From positions 1 to 64,000 of the forward strand of contig NOWV01000185.1 in the NCBI GenBank assembly GCA_003344405.1: 64,000 nt of DNA, in the 5' to 3' direction. This DNA is from Trichoplax sp. H2 (Eukaryota). The position numbers were made by a program, and so were the translations under genes. Each line of letters starts with the position of its first letter. Position 1 is the stretch's first letter. Below are positions 26,430 through 37,693 of this stretch, piece after piece. Below the pieces are notes generated by a model. It did no database searches. It was given only the letters and a program-made list of their open reading frames with translations, and had not been told where the DNA came from.

Positions 26430-26733
26430 TTTACTCCAATCACATTAATGATAGCTTTTATTGTATTATATTAATCTTCGAATTGATATATTAGGATAAA
26501 AGTAGTAGTAAAATTAATTTTCTTGGTAGTACTATAAAAAAATCGATTCTTATACAATTTATTAAGTAATTTATAGATTATAATAATTATAATCACGACA
26601 ATCAACACTGATGACTGATATAACAGCTAGTGGTAACAAAGAAATTTTAAGTCTTTTGAGATTTACGCCGAAAATCAGTCCCACCAATCTTATAGTTGTT
26701 GATGATGATGACATATGTTCTTTTTTATGACGT

Positions 26734-26742
26734 TTTTATATA
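26734..26742 (-). promoter_or_regulatory. Candidate TATA box of the bHLH gene
   Basis: TATATAAAA on the minus strand ~305 bp upstream of the ATG; the AT-rich background lowers specificity. Confidence 0.35.
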
Positions 26743-29700
26743 ACAGAGCAGGGAAATTTTATGACAATTACGTTAATAATACCGTAACATAGTATAGCAA
26801 AATATCTCTAGTTAGTACAATTACGTCTTTTAAAAAATAAACATTTATATTGCAAAATGGGAGTGGGCTGAACACCAGAATACAAAAATAACTTAACGGA
26901 TAGGCAAATGCATGAAAAATAATATATTGAATTTAGTAATATTTTATTGCATGCATATTCAACGATATCAAGATAAGAAGAATTACCTATAAAACTCTTC
27001 ATCATTGTCGTACTAACGTAATCTTCATAGAAGTATAATTTAGATTACATGTGGACACCATATGTCCACAATAGCTGCCTGTATATGGAATGGTAATATC
27101 TATTCTTTGCTTCCCACGCTTTATATCAACTGTTCATTTAATTTCTTAACCTTATAGACAAAGTTATTCCTATCAGTTAACACAGTTTGACCTCTTGTCA
27201 ACCTTAGTACTTGCATATGTATAAGAATATATGCTGTATACGCTATCGTATGCAATCTCCAGAAATAAGATTAATATCATACTTTTACATAATTGCACCA
27301 TTTATTGCATTGCATCAATCTTGAACATAAAAATTTCCACTTTAGTGATGATCTGTTTGATCTTTAATTGTTGAAATAATAACTGTTTTTGAAAAATTTT
27401 GGAATATCACAAATTTAAAGTTTGCAATTACTTATTTATATAGTAATCAATACCTAATCAATGAATTTAATGCTTTAACAAAGACAAATGAAAGGATGTA
27501 AGTGACTTGAGGTGATATCATTCTCATCCGTTTAATATTTGCAATTAAGTGGATGACATAGAACGTTACATCCACTCCAGAATTAAATGTTGTTAATAAA
27601 ATTTAAGGCTAAAATAAATTAAACTAAATTCCAATATGTATTAACAACAGTAATCATGCTGTTAAAGTATAACTAACAGACGACAATATAGTATTGCATA
27701 TCAATATCTTTTCCATGTGATTGATAATTATAGTTAGTTTAAGATAAAAGCAAATTTCTGATAAGAAATGTAGAAATTTTACTTTCGATTATTGATGAAG
27801 AGACTGCCATTATAGAGGATGAAAAGTATTCTATTTATCATTATATCACACGTTCTCTTCTGTATAGGATCACGTAATCTTTAGATTATACGGCCTTCTT
27901 GTTCAGTATTTGAACTATACACGTATGCAACAGTAGCATATATAGTTAAAGAGAATCTTACCATTATTTATTACTCATTTTCAGGCCCGCTTCTATAATA
28001 ATCGTTAATTATTCTATTTAGTCACATGTAATGCATAAATTGATGCTTTAATTTGTTGAATCATTTATATATTATATAAATAAATTTGGTATAGATTGTG
28101 ATCTAGTTTTATATGTCTGTTGATAGCGTAATACAAGTACCTACCTATATCATTATAGCACTCTTTAAATTTAATAAGTAATATTTTAATTAATTTGCGT
28201 TGAACATGTCTTTTGAGAGGTGGAGTGAAACAGTTGTAGAAATTTCATTTGTTGAAAGAGCAACTGCGATTGCGTGCTGCTATATTAATTTCCTGGCCAT
28301 ATGTTTCTACTTTTTGATGCGATATAAACTTAGCAATATGTTCTATATAATTTGATGGAATTAATTATGTCTTACATTTTTATTTTCTTATATCCAGATG
28401 TTAATATTGATAGGATGAAATTTGTAGATTTTTTATAGATCCTATAGGTTAATTTTACGAATTTAAATAAAAATAAGTAATACAGAGCATATATTATCAG
28501 CTTTATTCGATTGATTTATCAAAGCTTTGAATATAGCTTCATTTGCTATATGTTTTAATTCATTATCAATATGAATAGACCATTCCACTTATAGACCATT
28601 GTATAAACTGATAATTGAAAAGTGAGCTAGGCGCGTCTTTCAATATTGATTCCACGTTATAGTACATGGTGACAGATCAATTTTCATCATTCCGCAGACG
28701 GCGAATAAATAAATACTTCAACAGATGTTTGCTTGGTCGGCTATATTTTTAAAGATATCTAAGATAGACTTATTGCTTGTTACAATCATGCTGCTCTAAC
28801 GGTAGTGCAAGTTTCTATCAATCAACTGGATAACACCAACATCACAAAATTATCCATGTTATAGTATTTAGGAGGATTTCATCTAAATATACATGGTAAT
28901 AGAGCAGTTCTTGATAAAATTGATTTAAAAAGTTTATCATTAATTTCCACATATATTACTTTAGTTCAATCTATAGAATTGATTAAAGATACGACATTAA
29001 CGTTATGAGGACCAGGCTACTTTTCTATGACTCAAAGCAAGTATGGTCGGAAATAACTGATAAACCGATTTATTAAGTAAATAATGTTCAAGATATATTG
29101 GTGCCCTTCAATGACCTAAAGATAGGTTTACTGCGACTAATGAGAAACTCATATGAATTAATACTTACAATCAGGTTACTATTTTTATGAGTAAAAGCTT
29201 TAAATTATAGCGCAAAATTTATTATACATATTTGAACTGGTGGGTTGCCTTGTAACTCGTTGTTCACACGAGACCGATGAAATATTTTGTAAATATCGAA
29301 TCTTGCAAGAATGTAGTAGTGCTTGTATGAATTAGATTAGTAACCGATACTACCGATGGGGATACTATTTTTAACGTTGGTTACGATTACAACCATACAA
29401 CCCTATATCATAACATCAGCTAATGGAAGTCGTCTCATCCTAGATTATTCTGGCTCGTTTCTGCCTCTGTACAACGACGTATGATCTACTTTCTACGATC
29501 GTCTTTTGACGATTGTATCATTTCTGAAAACAAGAATAAGATAGGCAATTTCCTACTATTTTTCTTGTTGGCTATATCTTTTATATTGTACTGTACTGAG
29601 TAAAAATTTCAGTCTATTGGATAGTACTACACGTGCGAAACCTTTTAAATGTTATCATTTAATTTTAATTCCGATTAAAATAAACAACCATAATAACGAT

Positions 29701-30289
29701 ATAGGATAGCAATAATAAACACTAGAATTCGTCTATCTTATTTGACAGATGAACGCATGTGGTCATTAAGCAACTGTTGAAAAATTGATTCATCCGATAT
29801 CCTAAGAGCTGGAACTGTTTACGGTTATCGGTAGTACTAAGGCTTGAAAAGTGGGTATTATCAACATAAGCAGGCTTATGGGTGTAGGAGAAAAGTGGCT
29901 ATTTCTAAATAAGGCCCTACCAATACTAGGTATTACGTAGATGAAGTCGATGATATATAGAATGCGCTTAACAGGCATTGAATGAGTACATTTCATTGAA
30001 GAAGAGTGATTTCCCTCGTCATTTGTGTAGTAAATGCAATTAACCGATAGTAATTGAATGAATGCTGTACCATCACTGTCCCGTACTTGATATATGTTTT
30101 GCAACAAATGTGCTCCTTGGATGTGATGGTGTAAGGAATGATAATTAATTTAATCTGCTGAAGGCGTTATATAATTACTGTACAGTTATATAAGGGCTGT
30201 CTAAAATTGTTCATTACCCCCCCCCCAAAAAAAAAACATTTGGTAGCTACTTCGGAGCGCGCCTATGAAGAGGACCAGTAAGCTTAATT

Positions 30290-30329
30290 AGGGACTTTTA
30301 AGAGGGAGAATTCCTCCTTAGAAGTCCCT
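30290..30329. repeat. 40 bp imperfect inverted repeat (hairpin)
   Basis: agggactt-t-taag...ctta-g-aagtccct: 8 bp perfect outer stem extended by a G-U pair and further pairs. Confidence 0.75.
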
Positions 30330-30684
30330 GGTTTACTAATCTGCGCATTTTGGGCCTCTGAGCGCTTGCTGAATCCATCGACTTCAAAGTACGGTCCCAT
30401 CGACGCGTGCACTGTAGAAAGAAAGCTGTTTTTCCTGGCTGTTGTAATTAATTCCAGATATGGTTACACCACGATAAATCGCAATTTATGGAGTAGTCTA
30501 AGTCAGTCAGTGATCCTATCGTACGATAGTTGACATGAATAACCGTAGTGAACAAAATTTAGTCAATGCGGAGACAGCTGTTGGTGGTTGCTGTCCTGCA
30601 GCGAAGACACAGTTGCATCCATTTTTACCTCCATCAGCTCGATGGTTGCGTCATACCTCGATGGTCTCATGCTATGTGATGACC

Positions 30685-31025
30685 CGCTGTACAGTGCACA
30701 GTACCTACTGTACTGTGTAGACCAGTATTGTGTACTGTACATTGTACGGTATTCCGCAAGAAAAAAAAAAAAAATACAGTAAACACGTTGAAGTTTTGGT
30801 GGGTGTGCCGTCCGTTATCTGCATTGTTCTGTATTGTTGTGTATTCTAGCACGCATGCACAGTACTGTCCGGTCGATTGTACAATACCGTACTCTACGGT
30901 ACTGTACTGTAGTTTCGAAAAAGGAACTGTACAAAACAAGTTTTTGCTACAGTACGTATGTACAGTACAGTACTGTACACGTGTAAGGAACGACACGGTG
31001 TGCGACACGGTCTACCGTACACAAA
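30685..31025. promoter_or_regulatory. CAGTA/TACTG-rich putative promoter island upstream of DNAJC12
   Basis: Dense tactgtac/gtacagta words and CpGs ending ~160 bp before the DNAJC12 ATG. Confidence 0.5.
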
Positions 31026-31181
31026 TAAACAAATAAATACGTAGTACCAACACATCAAGACTAGCAAAGTCGTTGATTGGCATCGAAGAGCGTCGAGAAA
31101 AAATTCATTCTTCACCTCAATAATATCGTACACTATTGTACGTTATCAAGTAAACAATCTTCTTCAACTTGATAAATAACT

Positions 31182-32761
31182 ATGGAAAAAATTTGGGAAT
31201 CAACCATTTCGCCAGAAGATGATTTCTACAAGATGTTAAACTGTGATGAATCATCATCGGTTAGTAAACCAATAATAGAATTCATAATAAACATCGCCCG
31301 AAGACTTTTTTCCCTATTCTTCTCGGCAGTTTACTCAGTAGAGTTCAAAATACTCGTGACACTGATGTGGTGCTTTGACTTGTTTGACTAACTTAGCTTG
31401 AACAAATCAATACCGAATTTCGTATCCAAGCCAAGGAGTTACACCCTGATAGATGTTCCGTGAAGGATGATGAGGATACTGGTACGGTAGAACGTTATTC
31501 CACTTCATATTGATAGACACAATTGTGGTACTATACTCTACAACAAGTGCTTACTGACATCAATGGAATTGATTCAGTTGGGCTTTATTAGAATAGCTAC
31601 AATGACAACCGTAATCACGATACTTATTTCCTATGTTTGTAAATAGTCAAAAGATTTGCCTTATTGCAAAAAGCTCGCAATATTTTAATGGATCCCGATA
31701 AACGGAAGGCATACGATCTCTTTCGACGAAATCATGGTGGCATGTCCTATGACCAGTGGTCCCAAAATCATCTTGAACAGGTGACTTGCTTTATGCCCAT
31801 CAATAATAACTAAAAATACTAGACTAAATCAATCTCTGTGCTATCCTACAGGCTATAGTACTGTCATCGACTAGTGCGATTGTTACTTACATGTCGTGAA
31901 GTGCAAGTTATTTTCCACTTGTAAAATGTCAATTGAAATGCAACTTGTAAATTGTAACTACATAACCATCGGCATTCCATTGTTCCGTTTTAGACGATAC
32001 ACTGGACGAACGAGAAAAAAACGCCTATGTTGGCTGATAGTGATGTGTTCAAAAATTCAGGAGAGATGTTATGCGATTCTATTCCCAGCTTCGGTTAGTA
32101 ATGATATACATTGCTGTAGGTTTATCATGGATGCCACATTTATTCTCCTATAAATTGATAGATTAGTATTCTCGAGTCTGAGACATTAAATAATATATTA
32201 GTATAATGGATTATTGATGTAATTTACGATTGTTTCATGTTTCGCTGATTGATCGCCTATTTATTTATTTTTATAAAAGTTTTCAAGTGTCGACACAATT
32301 ATACTCAGTTGTTTCATAGACTTTTACGTAATGGTATTTACTGTAGTTTAATTATACCAGTGCTGTAGATATACGCATTGCAGTAGGTTTGAACAGTCCC
32401 TCTAGAGCAATCTCTCTGTGATGTAATGGACTAAAACTGTATATATAATACACGTAGTAGTACAATCCACTATGCTGTATTGTATTAGTATTCATTTCAC
32501 CTACAGATGTAGAGTTTGACGCACTTTTATACCATCAAATTATTTACCTAATCATAACGAATACGCGTACAATATTTCAATATTACCATTCAAAATTTTA
32601 CTAACAATTAAGTATCAAATTATTCACTTTCGAAAGCCTAGATACAACTTTTAACATTCTAACGCTATGGCGATGTTTCTATTGCAGGGCGATTTTCACG
32701 GTTTTTTAGGCCCGATGTCCAAAATGCAAACATCATCAGATTCAGAACATACGAGATCTGA
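31182..32761 (+). CDS. DNAJC12: J-domain co-chaperone DNAJC12 (JDP1), 5 exons
   Basis: Exons 31182-31259, 31397-31481, 31647-31780, 31994-32093, 32688-32761. DFYKMLNCDESSSLEQI, HPD motif (LHPDR), KRKAYD, TIHW...PML, and the family-typical C-terminus RFRTYEI*. Confidence 0.93.
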
Positions 32762-33588
32762 ATGCGTTCAATATTACGCTACGGATCGATATAGTATCCG
32801 GGATACCATTTCCGTCATTTTAAACATTCTATAGTAGTTGCGGCTACTATTCATATGGAGTTGCTTATCATCACTACTAATGTTAATATTACTGATGCGA
32901 TATACTAACAATACAGTATGCGAGCCTTACTTACTCTTAGCTTACTGAGCAGTTAGTTTCCCGTACTGATATTTAACGTACTACAGCATCATCGCTGTAT
33001 ACGTGTATCTCCATTATCAGTTGGTGTGTTGTTTTCGATTTCATTGACTTACAAATAAGCTTTATCTCTCTGCACATATAAATATTTGACTTATAATTAA
33101 TTATATAATTCAATGCAGGCTTCTGCATTAACGTCAGTAGAACGTTGGTCTGCACCAGGCTTATTCTACAACTGTAATTCTGGCTATAAGTAGCCTAGAT
33201 GTAACTCGATTTCGTATTAATAACCATAATGTAATAATATTAATGAATTGTGTATAGAATGTCATATTTACCGGCCAAATTTATGATATTACAAAACTAG
33301 GTATTGAAATAATCTTAGTTCATGAATCAGTATTATCTAGCGGGCTCAATCACATTTTTGATACTGTATCATTTTGGTCATTGATAATAAAGAAACGTAA
33401 TAAAATATAGACGTCAATATCCAAATGAAGTAAAATTTAATATTAAAAGTTGCGATTATAAGCATAAATTTTCATGTACAGCGCTTAAGCAATGATTATA
33501 ATCAATAGTATATAATTAATAGCCATAGTTGCATGAAAGACATTTATAAATGATATTATAATTAGAGTAAAATTGTCGTTATTTCGCT

Positions 33589-35626
33589 CTATTCTAGTAA
33601 TACTCCGGGTCCTCGAGTGGAAGAAAGGAATTTCTGTAGTATAAAACGACCTGGTATACATGGTGCAATTATCAGTTTGTTAATTTGAGACACCTTGCAA
33701 TCCAGACTGATAACAGAAATCATACTAATACTAAAATCAATTCAATATAGCGATGTGAACGCGTACTGAAATCAACTCCTACCTTTTCCTTTATGGGTCA
33801 TAATCTCATCAATTACATTATTGACGTTGCGTTTTACATCACTAGCAGGAAAATTTAACTAAAAGAGATGGTAAAATCATAAAGTAGATACATTATCATG
33901 GTAAGGCAAGCATCGTAAGGATGATCTGAGTAAGAATCAAAGCGAAAGGATTACTATACCTTGCCAATGGGAATGTTAATTATGCCGTTCTTATCTGATC
34001 GATACTCTATTCCTCTCTTTAAACGATCTACCGACTCCACCGTGACCTCCTCCACAATACTGCCTAAAATAATAGCGTTGCTCAATCTTACAATAAATCT
34101 ATCTATATATATAGATGGATAAATTACCAATAACAGTGCTGTGAAAGCTGATGATGCAGTAAGATAATCCTCATCAATCATAATTGTTACAATTTCAAAC
34201 CTTTTCTCTTATTTGGCATCAATGCCGATCGCAATATCGGCTGTAGAGATCGAATTTTTTTAGCATAAGTTTTCGTCGTTAAAAATCTCATTTGCTTCTT
34301 CTTGAGCTTCAAGGATTTATTTTGAATCTGTATGGAAATTTTATGTAATAATATCAGTTGAAGGTAAAATTTAATCTTAAAATTTTGTTATTCGTGCTCA
34401 ATACATTGACACAACAGTTCGGTAAGTGTGTTATTTTACGTCGTACTCGTATGAATAAGGTGAAACGATGACAGAGTTTAATACGCACTAGCAACTGTAT
34501 GAAAACGTCCAGTGATAAAATAATGCCATTTTCTCTATTGATGACAGAGTTTAATAGGCACTAGCAAATGTATGAAAATGTCCAGTGATAAAAAAATGCC
34601 ATTTTCTCTATTGCAAAGCTTTACATCTTTGCTACTGTAATAGCCTAGCGCGTATTCTTACAGTATCGCAGCCTTGGTCACAAGAAAACGCCGGTTAAAC
34701 TACTGTAGGGCTACGTTCTTATGGTTGGGAGTATGCCTTGATTTGTTTTAAAATATTAGAACTACATTGACGACGAAAGAGCGACTTTACCTTTTCTATG
34801 AGGTCATCCGATCCGACATGTTGGACTCCGCATTTCTTTGCGGTTTCAGCAACTTCACCCTATTTCCCAATTCAAAGGACAACAGCATTATTAGTATTAT
34901 AACTCTGCTTTGGTATATAGAATTTCATGAATGAAATCTTGTAAGCTTTACAATTTGACTACTGCTTGATACAGTAGATCCTACAAAGTGTTTGTACATA
35001 CATGTATAGCTATAAATGTCGCTAAGTTTACAATGAATTATCTCGCAACTAGTCGGCACAAAACATATAGTACTATACAGGTGCGTTTATAGCACGTATT
35101 TAAGACGGATTTACATCTTGACTCAACTAGACATACATCAGCAAACGCATAGACAGTTCGATCTTGAAAATAGTTTCTAGGTAAGTAAATGGTGCCACGG
35201 ATTTGTGATGCATCTCGTTGCTTACTCTAAACATAAAATAAGAAGATTTCAATTAAGTGGTACAAATGTATTTACTGCTCATCATTGAGGTATAATCTGT
35301 TTCTTTTACTCATCTCCATCAACCCCATAAACAAGCATTGCTATGATAATCATCATGTATAGCTATTCCCTTCATACCTTATTCTCCATCAGATTTAGCC
35401 TAATCGATAACTCCAATGTTTCGTTTACTCTACCAAGAGCGTAAGCCTTTAAAATGAGCAAAGCAGTGTCGATATCATGAGGTTGTCGAGGATTATTGCT
35501 ACTAAAGGTAACAGTATCTTCCTTTTCCCTCGTTGCCTTCCGGGACGTTGCAACCGCAGCGTAGAATCGACTAGTTAAATTTCCAGGCCGAGGAAAAATC
35601 GTCTTCCATAAACTATAATAAGCCAT
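33589..35626 (-). CDS. MRPL1: Mitochondrial ribosomal protein L1 (uL1m), 7 exons
   Basis: Exons 35378-35626, 35137-35226, 34791-34859, 34201-34327, 33960-34063, 33783-33858, 33589-33650. Arg-rich presequence, ETLELSIRL, IRGTIYLP, VGSDDLIEKI, LMPNKRKGS, YRSDKNGIINIPIGKLNF, SSTRGPGV. Confidence 0.9.
34467..34613. repeat. Tandem duplication, 2 x 73 bp, in MRPL1 intron 3
   Basis: gatgacagagtttaata.gcactagcaa.tgtatgaaaa.gtccagtgataaaa.aatgccattttctctatt at 34467 and 34540. Confidence 0.92.
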
Positions 35627-35799
35627 ATTTTAAAAAGGACAAGTGCTTCTGGAATAATTCAGCATTGATATAGTATGATAGACTTTTCTTGTACTATTGG
35701 ACGTTTTTTATTGGATACTGAAATTAGCCTTGAGCTTTCTGCAGCATTTATCGTCAATGATGGCTTCTGCAGGTGTTCAAATTGATCACTGCAATGTGA

Positions 35800-36620
35800 G
35801 CTGAATGGTACCGTATCGTATCGTACCGTATCGTATCGTACCGTGCCGTCTGTGCAGTACACCTCACTGTGATGTGGTTTCAGCTATGGCTTGCTACTCT
35901 ACCTGAGTGAGTCTACCATCGTGCTTGGGCAGACTCTCTTGGCCCATGCCTCACTGCTGGTGTTGTATTAAGACTGCCCACAGACCAGGGCTTCATACAA
36001 TAGATGTCGGTGATACCCAGTACGGTACGGTTTGGCACGGTCTGGTTTGAGTGCAGTAAAGTAATATACTGTGCTGGCGACAAGGGCGACATCATTTTTG
36101 CTAGGTAAAGCGATATACTATACTATGGTATACTATACTGTAGTTTATAATACTACAACTAGACTGCTTACTGAGGTATGCCAGGAAAAAATAGAAAAAA
36201 TGATGTCACCCGTGGCATTCAATGACGATGCTGACTACTCTACCGTGTACTGTACAGTATAGTACTCTACATTGTACTGTACACTGTCAATGTACAGTAC
36301 AATCCATCGGGGGAATACTGTACTGTATGGGTACAGTACAGTATGACTTTGTCAACATTGGGCGTATCCAGCAACCATCCAGGTCATCCAGTTACTATAC
36401 AGTACAATGTACTGTACACTTAAATGTACGTACTGTACTGTACAGTACAATCCATCGGGGTAGTATTGGGTACAGTATGACTTTGTCAGCATTGGGCGGT
36501 ATCCAGCAACCATCCAGTCGTTCAGTACTGTACATTGTACAACTGGATAGGGGTAATATGGGTACAGTATGACTTTGTCAACATTGGGCGGTATCCTGCA
36601 AGCATCCAGGTCATCCAGGT
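35800..36620. promoter_or_regulatory. Putative bidirectional promoter of MRPL1 and MEST
   Basis: Head-to-head ATGs 1.08 kb apart; (CGTAY)n microsatellite at ~35808-35849; dense CAGTA/TACTG words; three copies of gtacagtatgactttgtca.cattgggcg.tatcc.gcaa.catccag near 36335, 36469 and 36562. Confidence 0.6.
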
Positions 36621-36703
36621 GGTCAGCTCAAAATCTTCAATTAACGACCTAGAGGCAAAACATTCTTTCCTGGAGGGTACAAGCAGCTAGGAAAAGAATT
36701 GAA

Positions 36704-37693
36704 ATGGCTTTCTATCTAAGTCGACGTACCACAATAATTGCCGTGCTGATAGCAGGCCTATACTACATTTATTTCCCATCTTGTAGTCCTTCGGAAAACC
36801 TGAAAGATTGGCAACGTGGTGGGCAGTATATCAAATACGGCAAGTATGATATATTCTATCATGATAGCCTTGCTGAAAATGTCAACCAAGGAAATGAAGC
36901 CACTCTCTTGGTGCATGGATTTCCCACTAGTAGCTACGACTGGCATAAAGTATCGGAAGGCATTCGTATGAATGTCGGTAGAATTGTAACGATAGATATG
37001 CTTGGATTTGGATTTAGCGATAAACCACTGGATATCAATTACACCGTTGGATTGCAAGCTGATCTATACGAAGATGTTCTAATGCAGCTTAACATTACTC
37101 AGGTGCATATCCTTGCACATGATTTTGGTGATACAGTATCATTGGAAATGCTACGTCGATTCAATGAACGACAACTTGAGTCTGGTAAGAATAGGCTAAC
37201 AATCAAAAGTTTAGCTCTCCTTAATGGTGGTTTATTCCCTAAAGTTTATAAACCGCGTTTAATACAGCATATGCTGGTTCATCCTTCTCTAAAAGATATC
37301 TTACCTCGTATCATGAATTATTATCAATTCCGATATTCATTTTCTGCTATCTTTGGAAAAAAATATGATTTTACTAGCCAAGAATCCATGGATATTTGGC
37401 AGCAAATTACCTATAAAAAGGGCGTCTTAATTCTAGGTAATATCTTAGGCTATTTACATGAAAGACAAATCAATGGTGAAAATTGGCTTGATGGTATGAC
37501 AAAAAATGATATACCAGTTATCTTCATTTACGGGCCAGAAGATCCAATTAATCCACCTATTGTAGTGCAGGAATTTAAGAAAAGAGTCCCTCGAGTCGAA
37601 TGTGTTGTCCTTGAAGACATTGGTCATTATCCACAACTGGAAGATCCTTACAACGTCTTGCAAAATTATCTACGATTTAGAAAGTCATTCTAA
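36704..37693 (+). CDS. MEST: MEST-like alpha/beta hydrolase, intronless
   Basis: 329 aa ORF with N-terminal hydrophobic segment, HGFPTSSYDW, DMLGFGFSDKP, nucleophile AHDFGD, LLNGGLFP, IYGPEDPINP and catalytic IGHYPQLEDP. Confidence 0.95.
   Translation: MAFYLSRRTTIIAVLIAGLYYIYFPSCSPSENLKDWQRGGQYIKYGKYDIFYHDSLAENVNQGNEATLLVHGFPTSSYDWHKVSEGIRMNVGRIVTIDMLGFGFSDKPLDINYTVGLQADLYEDVLMQLNITQVHILAHDFGDTVSLEMLRRFNERQLESGKNRLTIKSLALLNGGLFPKVYKPRLIQHMLVHPSLKDILPRIMNYYQFRYSFSAIFGKKYDFTSQESMDIWQQITYKKGVLILGNILGYLHERQINGENWLDGMTKNDIPVIFIYGPEDPINPPIVVQEFKKRVPRVECVVLEDIGHYPQLEDPYNVLQNYLRFRKSF

Noticed and set aside
28680..30120. Possible pseudogene or gene between the bHLH gene and DNAJC12
   Set aside because: Frames are interrupted by stops, no motif is recognisable, and the 101 aa ORF has no family features.
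30290..30335. RNase MRP/P RNA suggested by GAAGTCCC
   Set aside because: No complementary CR-V element or P4 pairing found; the motif is simply one arm of a local hairpin.
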